Positions 18,645 through 26,706 of a stretch of 29,837 bases of DNA are shown here, piece after piece (within the stretch, counting starts at the first letter, position 1; each line of letters opens with the position of its first letter). Position numbers and translations under genes: made by a program. A model generated the notes under the pieces. That model was not told where the DNA came from, searched no databases, and worked only from the letters and a program-made list of their open reading frames with translations. The DNA is from Sphingobacteriales bacterium (GTDB taxonomy: Bacteria; Bacteroidota; Bacteroidia; Sphingobacteriales; Sphingobacteriaceae), in contig JBILKW010000001.1 of assembly GCA_044376465.1 (NCBI GenBank), forward strand, positions 1-29,837, given 5' to 3'.

Positions 18645-20363
18645 TTATTCGAACCACTTCATTACTTCTTCCTTGGCTGGAATCGCAATTTCTAGTTTCA
18701 TTTTCTTTCTCATACCGCCCATATCGTTAAATATTTTATTTGGGTTTGCAGCCTTTAATTCCTCAAGAGTATGTATGTTCATTTTATTTAATACAGGTAC
18801 CCACTCTGCCGGTACACCTGCTTCTACAAAATCATTTACACTTGTTACTTTTTGATTTTTTTCTGGACGCATTTGCGGGAAGAACAACACATCTTGTATA
18901 GATGCTTGGTTGGTCATGATCATAGTTAATCGATCAATGCCAATACCCATACCTGCCGTAGGTGGCATCCCGTATTCTAATGCACGTAAGAAATCATAAT
19001 CAATAAACATGGCTTCATCATCGCCTCGTTCCATTAAAGAAACTTGTTCTTCGAAACGTGCTCGTTGATCAATTGGGTCGTTTAATTCTGAATAAGCGTT
19101 TGCTAATTCTTTTCCATTTACCATTAACTCAAATCGCTCAACCAATCCTTCTTTACTTCTATGTTTCTTACATAATGGCGACATTTCTACTGGATAGTCG
19201 ATGATAAAAGTTGGTTGAATGTAATTTCCTTCGCACTTTTCTCCAAAAATTTCATCTACTAATTTACCCTTACCCATGCTCTCATTTACTTGTAAGCCTA
19301 ATGATTTGCATGTTTCTCTTAATTCCGTTTCACTCATCTCCGAAATATCAATTCCTGTAAATTCTTTAATAGAATCGTACATCGTAATTCTTTTGAATGG
19401 TCGTTGGAAATCAATCACATTTTCTCCAACTTGAACTTTGGTAGTACCGTGTAAATCGAGCGCTACTTTTTCTAACATCTCCTCGGTAAAATCCATCATC
19501 CAATTATAGTCTTTGTAGGCCACGTAAATTTCCATTACTGTAAACTCAGGGTTATGGGTTCTATCCATTCCTTCGTTTCTGAAATCTTTCGCAAACTCAT
19601 ACACTCCATCATATCCACCTACAATTAATCTCTTTAAATACAATTCATTTGCAATTCGTAAATACAAAGGAACATCCAACGCATTGTGGTGGGTAATAAA
19701 GGGGCGAGCAGCTGCACCACCCGGAATAGCTTGTAGAATTGGGGTTTCCACTTCTAAATAGCCTCTATCGTTAAAGGTATTTCTAAGTGATTGAATTATT
19801 TTTGTACGTTTTTTAAAAACTTCGCGTACATCTTGATTAATAATTAAATCGGCATAACGTTGGCGATACCTAAACTCTGGATCTGTAACCACATCATGCG
19901 CAGTTCCTTCTGCATCTATTTTTACAACTGGCAAAGGACGTAATGATTTACTTAATATTTTAAAGGAAGTAACGTGTATGCTAATCTCACCTACTTGCGT
20001 GGTAAATACATAACCTGTTAAACCAATTATATCTCCTATATCAACTAATTTTTTAAATACGATATTGTATAAAGTTTTATCTTCATCGGGGCATAAGTCA
20101 TCTCTTCTAAAGTACACTTGTATTCTACCAGTTGCATCTTGTATTTCTGCAAACGATGCATTCCCCATAATTCTGCGGCTCATTACTCGGCCAGCAATAC
20201 TAATGTTTTTATAAGCGGTTTTATCTCTATCGTAATTTTCTAAAATATCTGCAGCATTGGCATCTACTTCAAATAAATCTGCTGGGTATGGGTTAATGCC
20301 TAATCGCGTTAACTCTTGCATACTCTCTCTTCTTAAAAGTTCTTGTTCGCTTAATCCACTCAT
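18645..20363 (-). CDS. lysS: Lysine--tRNA ligase (class II) with the Bacteroidota C-terminal extension
   Basis: 'AGRVMSRRIMGNASF', 'YRQRYADL', 'EVETPILQ', 'YLRIANELYLKRLIVGG', 'FRNEGMDRTHNPEFT', 'GMPPTAGMGIGIDRL'. Confidence 0.98.
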   Translation of the reverse strand: MSGLSEQELLRRESMQELTRLGINPYPADLFEVDANAADILENYDRDKTAYKNISIAGRVMSRRIMGNASFAEIQDATGRIQVYFRRDDLCPDEDKTLYNIVFKKLVDIGDIIGLTGYVFTTQVGEISIHVTSFKILSKSLRPLPVVKIDAEGTAHDVVTDPEFRYRQRYADLIINQDVREVFKKRTKIIQSLRNTFNDRGYLEVETPILQAIPGGAAARPFITHHNALDVPLYLRIANELYLKRLIVGGYDGVYEFAKDFRNEGMDRTHNPEFTVMEIYVAYKDYNWMMDFTEEMLEKVALDLHGTTKVQVGENVIDFQRPFKRITMYDSIKEFTGIDISEMSETELRETCKSLGLQVNESMGKGKLVDEIFGEKCEGNYIQPTFIIDYPVEMSPLCKKHRSKEGLVERFELMVNGKELANAYSELNDPIDQRARFEEQVSLMERGDDEAMFIDYDFLRALEYGMPPTAGMGIGIDRLTMIMTNQASIQDVLFFPQMRPEKNQKVTSVNDFVEAGVPAEWVPVLNKMNIHTLEELKAANPNKIFNDMGGMRKKMKLEIAIPAKEEVMKWFE

Positions 20364-20379
20364 TTCTGTCTGTTTTGTG

Positions 20380-20387
20380 CAAAAATA
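20380..20387 (-). promoter_or_regulatory. -7 element (TATTTTTG) for lysS
   Basis: Exact TAnnTTTG match 16 nt upstream of the ATG at 20363. Confidence 0.6.
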
Positions 20388-20398
20388 ATATTAATTAG

Positions 20399-20434
20399 CT
20401 AATTTGCTAGTGTGCTAGTGTGCTAGTGTGCTAA
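20399..20434. repeat. Direct octamer array in the lysS / DUF962 divergent region
   Basis: CTAATTTG, then (CTAGTGTG)x3, then CTAA. The unit is identical to the one at 10075. Confidence 0.88.
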
Positions 20435-20473
20435 TAGTTGGTACATTTTCTTAAATTAGCTTAAAATAATAAT

Positions 20474-20779
20474 ATGTCGGAACGTATTAAAAGCTTTAAT
20501 GAATTCTATCAGTTTTACTTAACTGAACATTCAAATACAACAAGTCGCAGGTTGCATTTTATTGGCACCGCATTAGTGTTTATACAAGCAATATGCTTAA
20601 CTTATTTTGACACTTGGAATTTGTGGTATATACTTCCAATTACAGGCTACTTCTTCGCTTGGGTAGGACATTTTTTTTTCGAAAAAAACAAACCTGCTAC
20701 GTTTAAATATCCACTCTGGAGTTTAGCCAGCGACTTTAGGTTGTTTTTTGAAATTCTCTCTGGCCGAAGGCCAATATGA
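20474..20779 (+). CDS. DUF962 / Mpo1-like small membrane protein
   Basis: 'FYQFYLTEHSN...RRLHFIGT', 'GYFFAWVGHFFFEKNKPATFKYPLWSLASDF'. Confidence 0.9.
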   Translation: MSERIKSFNEFYQFYLTEHSNTTSRRLHFIGTALVFIQAICLTYFDTWNLWYILPITGYFFAWVGHFFFEKNKPATFKYPLWSLASDFRLFFEILSGRRPI

Positions 20780-20874
20780 AAATGCGTAAATGTGCAAATT
20801 AGCACTTAGGTCCCTTCATTTGCACATTTGCACATTTGAACATTTGAACATTTGCACATTTTCTAATTTACACA
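20773..20874. repeat. Octamer arrays in inverted arrangement at the DUF962 / proline dehydrogenase junction
   Basis: Left units AATATGAA, AATGCGTA, AATGTGCA, AATTAGCA (20773-20804). Right units TTTGCACA x2, TTTGAACA x2, TTTGCACA, TTTTCTAA, TTTACACA (20819-20874). Confidence 0.9.
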
Positions 20875-22043
20875 TTGGCTCTTCTTTTTTTCTCTTTCAA
20901 TATCAAACTCAACTCTCTACCCATTTGCCCTGCAATAGCTGTATTTTCTTGAGCTCTACGGAATAAATATGGGAGTACAGATTTTACTGGTCCGTAGGGT
21001 ACATATTTAGCAATATTGTAACCTGCTTTCGCTAGGTTGTAACTTAAGTTATCGCTCATGCCCAATAACTGTGAGAAATAAATACGATCATCATTAGCAG
21101 CAATACTATTTTTTGCCATTAAATCGATTAAATATTTCGAGCTGTTTTCATTGTGTGTACCTGCGCAAATAGCTATTCTATCTATATGTTCTACACAATA
21201 TGCTAAACCTAAATCGTAATCAACATCCGACGATTTTTTATCAGCTTGTATAGGCGAGGGATAATTATTTTCTGCAGCGCGTTTACGTTCTTTTTCCATG
21301 TAAGCACCTCGTACTAATTTAACGCCCAATAAAACACCTTCAGATTTCAATTGTGCATCAAACTCTTTCATGGCTTGTAAACGATCGTGGCGGTAAAACT
21401 GAAAAGTATTGTAAACAATTACTTTTTCTTTATTGAACAATCGCATCATATCCATAGATAAATCGTCGATGGTTTGTTGAATCCAACTTTCTTCGGCATC
21501 TATAAAAACACGAACATTTAAGTCATAAGCTGTTTGGCAAATTCTGCGCACTCTATCTTTTACCCGTTCAAATTCTTTTTTCTCCTCAAAACTGAGTTCT
21601 TCTTTAGCATCTAATTTTTCTAACAGTCCGAATCGTGCTAAACCAGTAACTTTAAATACAGAAAAAGGTATTGTTCCATCGCCTTTTGCACGTTTAATGG
21701 TGGCAATGGTTTCTTCGCAGGTAGCATTAAAAGCTTGTTCTGTAGATTCTCCTTCTACAGAATAATCCAAAATAGTACCTATGTTGTACTTCCCAAGCTT
21801 TATAATGGTTTTAGTGCAATCGCTTATCGACTCGCCACCACAAAATTGTTTGAAAATAGTAGCGCGAATAATTGGGGTAATAGGTAAGCCAATTTTTATG
21901 GCTGCAGTAGTTATTGGTGGACCAATTTTTACCAGAAAATTGATATTAATGACTTTGAATAACCAATAGGCTCTGTTTAAATCGGCATTACTCATTCCTG
22001 AGAAGGCGATTTCAGTATTATCAAAAGATATAGTGTTGCTCAT
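20868..22043 (-). CDS. Monofunctional proline dehydrogenase
   Basis: 'FKQFCGGE', 'ILDYSVEG', 'VFIDAEESWIQ', 'GVKLVRGAYMEKER', 'GTHNE', 'FSQLLGMSD', 'KYVPYG', 'YLFRRAQEN'. There is no P5C dehydrogenase domain. Start reassigned to ATG 22043. Confidence 0.93.
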   Translation of the reverse strand: MSNTISFDNTEIAFSGMSNADLNRAYWLFKVININFLVKIGPPITTAAIKIGLPITPIIRATIFKQFCGGESISDCTKTIIKLGKYNIGTILDYSVEGESTEQAFNATCEETIATIKRAKGDGTIPFSVFKVTGLARFGLLEKLDAKEELSFEEKKEFERVKDRVRRICQTAYDLNVRVFIDAEESWIQQTIDDLSMDMMRLFNKEKVIVYNTFQFYRHDRLQAMKEFDAQLKSEGVLLGVKLVRGAYMEKERKRAAENNYPSPIQADKKSSDVDYDLGLAYCVEHIDRIAICAGTHNENSSKYLIDLMAKNSIAANDDRIYFSQLLGMSDNLSYNLAKAGYNIAKYVPYGPVKSVLPYLFRRAQENTAIAGQMGRELSLILKEKKRRANV

Positions 22044-22061
22044 TGTTTGTTTAAGGTGCTT

Positions 22062-22069
22062 CAAAAATA
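22062..22069 (-). promoter_or_regulatory. -7 element (TATTTTTG) for proline dehydrogenase
   Basis: Exact TAnnTTTG match. The ORF-track TTG start (22064) lies inside it, which argues for ATG 22043. Confidence 0.6.
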
Positions 22070-22180
22070 GGAAAAAAGCGTAATTTTATTAATAAATAAT
22101 ACATTATTGAAAACCATTTTGTTTTTATTTGTTTTGTAATTGATGATTACCGAAAGGTATATTTTTTTGAATTGATATAA

Positions 22181-23269
22181 ATGACAACATCTATAAAATC
22201 AGACCAGTTAAATACTTGGTTAGACTCTAATTTAAAGACCTTTATAATTGCAGGCCCATGCAGTGTAGAATCTGAAGAACAGATTAACAAAACGGCAGAG
22301 GGATTAGCAGCCATTCAAGTTCCGGTGTTAAGAGGCGGAATTTGGAAACCTCGTACTCGCCCAGGCTCCTTTACTGGTATAGGAAATGTAGGGATTCAAT
22401 GGTTAGCTGATGCTGCAAGAGCACATGGCATGAAGAGTGCGGTGGAAGTGGCTAATGCCAAACATGTTGAAGATTGTTTAAAAGCAGGGATCGATATATT
22501 TTGGATAGGTGCAAGATCAACCGTTAGCCCATTTGTAGTACAAGAAATTGCCGATGCCCTTAAAGGCGTAAACATTCCGGTAATGGTAAAAAATCCAATC
22601 AACCCCGACATAGAGTTGTGGATTGGAGCAATAGAACGTATACACAATGCTGGCATTAATAAAATTGCAGCCATACACAGAGGGTTCTCTCAATATGAAA
22701 AAAATACGTATCGTAATACTCCCAATTGGAACATCCCATTAGAATTGAAACGCCTCATTCCAAACTTACCTGTAATTTGCGACCCTAGCCATATATGTGG
22801 AAGCATAGAACTAATTCCACACGTAAGTCAAAAAGCAATGGATTTAAATTTGGATGGATTAATGATTGAAGCACATTATAATCCAAGTTTAGCATTGAGC
22901 GATAGGGATCAACAACTTACTTCGTCAGCTGTTTCTGATTTAATTAAAAATTTAATTATTAGGAACACCGAATCAGAAAACGCAGAATTTAGAGACCAAT
23001 TGGTTCGCTTAAGAACAGACATCGATAAGATAGATTACGAAGTATTAGAACTCCTAGCATCTAGGTCTAAATTGGTTAATGAAATTGGCTTGTATAAAAA
23101 AGAAAATAACATCACCATTTTTCAACCCGAGCGCTGGTCGGAAATAGTGAATACCAGAAAAAAATACGGAAAAGAAATTCACCTTTCTGAAGAAATGATA
23201 TTAGATTTGGTTAAATTGATTCACCGTGAATCTATTTCTGTACAAACTAAAGTAATGCAAGATGAATGA
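22181..23269 (+). CDS. Bifunctional DAHP synthase (type I-beta-like) with C-terminal chorismate mutase
   Basis: 'IAGPCSVE', 'WKPRTRPGSF', 'IGARST', 'VKNPIN', 'IHRGF', 'DPSH', 'GLMIEAH'. C-terminal AroQ-like 'LVRLRTDIDKIDYEVLELLASR'. Confidence 0.92.
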   Translation: MTTSIKSDQLNTWLDSNLKTFIIAGPCSVESEEQINKTAEGLAAIQVPVLRGGIWKPRTRPGSFTGIGNVGIQWLADAARAHGMKSAVEVANAKHVEDCLKAGIDIFWIGARSTVSPFVVQEIADALKGVNIPVMVKNPINPDIELWIGAIERIHNAGINKIAAIHRGFSQYEKNTYRNTPNWNIPLELKRLIPNLPVICDPSHICGSIELIPHVSQKAMDLNLDGLMIEAHYNPSLALSDRDQQLTSSAVSDLIKNLIIRNTESENAEFRDQLVRLRTDIDKIDYEVLELLASRSKLVNEIGLYKKENNITIFQPERWSEIVNTRKKYGKEIHLSEEMILDLVKLIHRESISVQTKVMQDE

Positions 23270-24338
23270 TATTAGAAGCAGTTTTGGATACGATATATTT
23301 ATTGAAGACTCCATTGCATCTTTAGACACTTGGTTAGAAACTCAACAATACTCTAAAGTAGCAATACTTGGAGATACTCACACATTAGAAGTTTGCTTGC
23401 CCTATTTAAATTTATATTCTAAGCACAGCTCACAATATGATTTAATAGAAATTGACCCCGGTGAAGATAATAAAAACATTGATATCTGTATCGGAGTGTG
23501 GAGCATGATGCAAGAGTTTGGTTTGGATCGCAAATCATTACTCATAAATCTAGGAGGTGGAGTAATTACAGACATGGGTGGATTTGCAGCATCTACTTAC
23601 ATGCGAGGTATTGATTTTATTAATATTCCCACTACTCTACTTGCAATGGTAGATGCAAGTATTGGCGGAAAAACAGGGTTAGATTTACAGAATTATAAAA
23701 ATCATTTAGGTACCTTTCATCATCCAAAAGCAATTTTTATTATCCCCGAATTTCTCAGCACCTTACATGAATTAGAAATTAAATCGGGTTTTGCAGAAGT
23801 AATTAAACACGGCTTAATTGCCGACCATTTACATTTAAGAGATGCCATTAGCTTTTTAGAAAATGGAGAAATTGGACTAGAAGTTTTAATACCTCAAAGT
23901 GTAAAAATAAAATTAGCCATTGTAGAAAAAGATCCGTTTGAAAAAGACATTCGAAAGGCATTAAATTTTGGACATACCGTTGGTCATGCTATAGAAAGCT
24001 ACTATTTAAACAAAGGCAAACTTATTATGCATGGTAGCGCCATTGCATGTGGAATGATGGTGGAGTCTTTTTTAAGTGTTAGCAAATGCAAAATGCCTGA
24101 AACAGATTTAAAATATATTTTAGAAATAATTCCCAACTATTTAGAACCGGCAAAACTAAATGAAGAAATGATTTTAGATGTAATAGAGTTAATGCGAAAA
24201 GATAAAAAGAATGAATCGTCGGAAATTAAATTTTCATTATTGAGTGCCATTGCTAGCCCTAGTTTAAACATAAGATGTTCGGAGGAAGAAATATCGGAAG
24301 CACTTGTAAAATGCATTCACTATTTTAATTTTAAATGA
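23262..24338 (+). CDS. aroB: 3-dehydroquinate synthase
   Basis: 'NLGGGVITDMGGFAASTYMRGI', 'PTTLLAMVDASIGGKTG', 'GFAEVIKHG', 'LNFGHTVGHAIE', 'DKKN'. Overlaps the upstream stop by 8 nt. Confidence 0.96.
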   Translation: MNDIRSSFGYDIFIEDSIASLDTWLETQQYSKVAILGDTHTLEVCLPYLNLYSKHSSQYDLIEIDPGEDNKNIDICIGVWSMMQEFGLDRKSLLINLGGGVITDMGGFAASTYMRGIDFINIPTTLLAMVDASIGGKTGLDLQNYKNHLGTFHHPKAIFIIPEFLSTLHELEIKSGFAEVIKHGLIADHLHLRDAISFLENGEIGLEVLIPQSVKIKLAIVEKDPFEKDIRKALNFGHTVGHAIESYYLNKGKLIMHGSAIACGMMVESFLSVSKCKMPETDLKYILEIIPNYLEPAKLNEEMILDVIELMRKDKKNESSEIKFSLLSAIASPSLNIRCSEEEISEALVKCIHYFNFK

Positions 24339-25546
24339 GAATACTAAAACCAGCAACATTTACTAGTACAGAAATTATATTACCTGGTTCTAAGAGCGAG
24401 TCGAACAGAGCATTAATTATAAAAGCGCTCTGCGAAGATGAAATTACGATTCAGAATTTATCCAACTCAGACGATACAAAAATTATTGCCGATGCATTAA
24501 ACACTAAACAATCTGTAATAGACTGTGGGCAATCTGGCGCAGCCTTACGGTTTTTGTGTGCTTATTTTTCGACTATTAAAAACAATACCGTAATCTTAAC
24601 AGGTTCTCAGCGATTAAAAGAACGCCCCTTAAAAATATTAATTGATGCTTTAACAGAATTAGGTGCAGAAATAGAGTATATAGAAAAAGTAGGTTATGCA
24701 CCCATAAAAATTAAAGGGAGAGAATTAGTTTCTCATAAAGCGATTAATATACAAGCAAATATTAGCAGCCAATTTATTTCGGCCTTGTTGATGATTGCAC
24801 CAAAAGTGAAAAACGGATTACAATTACATTTAGAAAACGAACTAATTTCTGCACCCTATTTAAAAATGACGATGCAGATGATGCATGATGCAAAAATTCA
24901 CATCATAGAAAACGAAAATAGCATTATCATTCCGGAGCAAGAATATCAGGCTTGCAACATTAACATTGAAGCAGATTGGAGTGCTGCTTCATACTGGTAC
25001 GCCTTGGTTTCATTAGGAATTCCGGAGATAATATTAAAAAGTTTGCATAAAAATAGTTTACAAGGAGATGCAATTATTGCTACTTGGATGAACGATTTTG
25101 GAGTGCAAACTAGTTTCGAAGATGGAGGCATTAAATTAACAAAAACATCTAGCATAAAACTACAAAAAGTATATAATTTTATAAATTGCCCCGACATAGC
25201 TCAAACGCTAATAGTATTGGCTGCATTACATTTGAAGGAAATAGTTTTTACTGGCATAGAAAGTTTAGCAATAAAAGAAACCGATAGAATTGAAGCCTTA
25301 AAAAATGAATTACAAAAAATAAATATAACATGGCACAGCAATTCAGATACTCATTTCATAAAAATAAATCAACAAGATTATACAAGGGCAGTACACATAA
25401 ATACTTACCACGACCATAGAATGGCCATGGCATTTACAATGCTAGCCATGAAGTTTGATGAACTATACATTGACGATAAAGAAGTAGTAAACAAATCGTA
25501 TCCGAATTTTTGGATAGATTTAACAAAAATGGGATTTAGAATTTAG
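24335..25546 (+). CDS. aroA: 3-phosphoshikimate 1-carboxyvinyltransferase (EPSP synthase)
   Basis: 'PGSKSESNR', 'RLKERP', 'SSQFISALLM', 'CPDIAQT', 'IKETDRI', 'HDHRMAMAF', 'KSYPNFW'. ATGA overlap with aroB. Confidence 0.95.
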   Translation: MRILKPATFTSTEIILPGSKSESNRALIIKALCEDEITIQNLSNSDDTKIIADALNTKQSVIDCGQSGAALRFLCAYFSTIKNNTVILTGSQRLKERPLKILIDALTELGAEIEYIEKVGYAPIKIKGRELVSHKAINIQANISSQFISALLMIAPKVKNGLQLHLENELISAPYLKMTMQMMHDAKIHIIENENSIIIPEQEYQACNINIEADWSAASYWYALVSLGIPEIILKSLHKNSLQGDAIIATWMNDFGVQTSFEDGGIKLTKTSSIKLQKVYNFINCPDIAQTLIVLAALHLKEIVFTGIESLAIKETDRIEALKNELQKINITWHSNSDTHFIKINQQDYTRAVHINTYHDHRMAMAFTMLAMKFDELYIDDKEVVNKSYPNFWIDLTKMGFRI

Positions 25547-25576
25547 ATATTAGAATTTAGAATTTAGAATTTGTAA
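25535..25576 (+). repeat. Direct heptamer array at the aroA-aroC junction
   Basis: TTTAGAA, TTTAGAT, ATTAGAA, TTTAGAA, TTTAGAA, TTTGTAA in phase. The first two units encode the last codons (F-R-I) and the TAG of aroA. Confidence 0.88.
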
Positions 25577-25578
25577 AC

Positions 25579-26631
25579 ATGGCAGGAAATACATTCGGAG
25601 AAAAATTTAAAATAAGCACCTTCGGCGAATCGCACGGAGCGGCCATAGGTGTAGTAATAGATGGATGCCCTGCAGGCATAGTACTCGATTTAAAAAAAAT
25701 ACAACAGGAACTTAATCGCAGAAAACCAGGCCAATCTTCTATCACCACTAGTAGAGCAGAAGAAGATGAATTCGAAATTTTATCTGGAATTTTTGAGGGT
25801 AAAACCTTGGGAACACCGATCGCCATTATTGTTCGCAATACAAATGCGAAACCAACAGATTACGATTATTTAAAAGATGCTTATCGCCCGTCGCATGCAG
25901 ATTATACGTATGAGATGAAATATGGAATTCGCGATCATCGTGGTGGCGGACGATCTTCTGCACGTGAAACCATTGCCAGGGTTGCGGCTGGAGCCATAGC
26001 AAAACAGCTACTAGCAAAAGAGGGAATCGAAATTTCGGCATTTGTTAAACAAGTTGGAGAAATAAAAGTAGAGAAACATTATACCGAATTAGATTTAAGT
26101 AATACGGATGATAACATTGTTCGTTGCCCAGATGCCTCAACGGCACAAAAAATGATTGAAGCCATAGAACACGTAAAAAAAGATGGCGATACATTAGGCG
26201 GCGTTATACAATGTGTAATTAAAAATGTACCGGCCGGTTTAGGCGAACCAGTATTCGATAAATTACAGGCCTTGCTTGCTCATGCCATGATGAGTATTAA
26301 TGCCGTGCATGGTTTCGAATATGGATCGGGATTTGCAGGTGCTGCTAAAAAAGGTTCGGAGAATAACGATGAATGGGAAAATGTTGAGGGCAAGATACGC
26401 GCCAAAACAAATAATGCCGGTGGTATTTTAGGTGGTATAAGTACCGGAGAAGATATTTACTTCAACGTTGCCTTTAAACCCGTAGCTACTATTTTAAAAT
26501 CTCAACAAAGCGTAAATACCAAAGGCGAAGAAATAAAATTACAAAATGAAGGCAGACACGATCCTTGTGTATTACCTAGAGCAGTACCTATCGTGGAAGC
26601 TATGGCAGCTTTAGTAATTTTGAATTGTTAA
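25579..26631 (+). CDS. aroC: Chorismate synthase, possibly lacking the last ~10 residues
   Basis: 'TFGESHG', 'RRKPGQ', 'RPSHAD', '[11 protein letters not shown]', '[11 protein letters not shown]', 'FKPVATI', '[18 protein letters not shown]'. It ends abruptly at 'ALVILNC'. Confidence 0.95.
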   Translation: MAGNTFGEKFKISTFGESHGAAIGVVIDGCPAGIVLDLKKIQQELNRRKPGQSSITTSRAEEDEFEILSGIFEGKTLGTPIAIIVRNTNAKPTDYDYLKDAYRPSHADYTYEMKYGIRDHRGGGRSSARETIARVAAGAIAKQLLAKEGIEISAFVKQVGEIKVEKHYTELDLSNTDDNIVRCPDASTAQKMIEAIEHVKKDGDTLGGVIQCVIKNVPAGLGEPVFDKLQALLAHAMMSINAVHGFEYGSGFAGAAKKGSENNDEWENVEGKIRAKTNNAGGILGGISTGEDIYFNVAFKPVATILKSQQSVNTKGEEIKLQNEGRHDPCVLPRAVPIVEAMAALVILNC

Positions 26632-26706
26632 TTGTCAATTGTCAATTAAGCAATGTTGTAACTGTAATGCTTAATTCACAATTGACAATTCACAATTGAC
26701 AATTTA
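26616..26706. repeat. Long palindrome built from heptamers at the aroC / E1 convergent junction
   Basis: Left units TGAATTG, TTAATTG, TCAATTG, TCAATTA, then AGCA. Right side TGCT, then TAATTCA, CAATTGA, CAATTCA, CAATTGA, CAATTTA. 26616-26652 pairs with 26668-26704 with 4 mismatches in 37. Confidence 0.9.

Noticed and set aside
20671-20679. T9 tract in the DUF962 gene as a phase-variation switch
   Set aside because: It is in frame and simply encodes the family motif H-F-F-F. Such runs are common in AT-rich DNA.
22181-26631. Absence of aroD/aroQ, aroE and aroK as an incomplete shikimate pathway
   Set aside because: These genes are commonly unlinked, so absence from a 30-kb window is uninformative.
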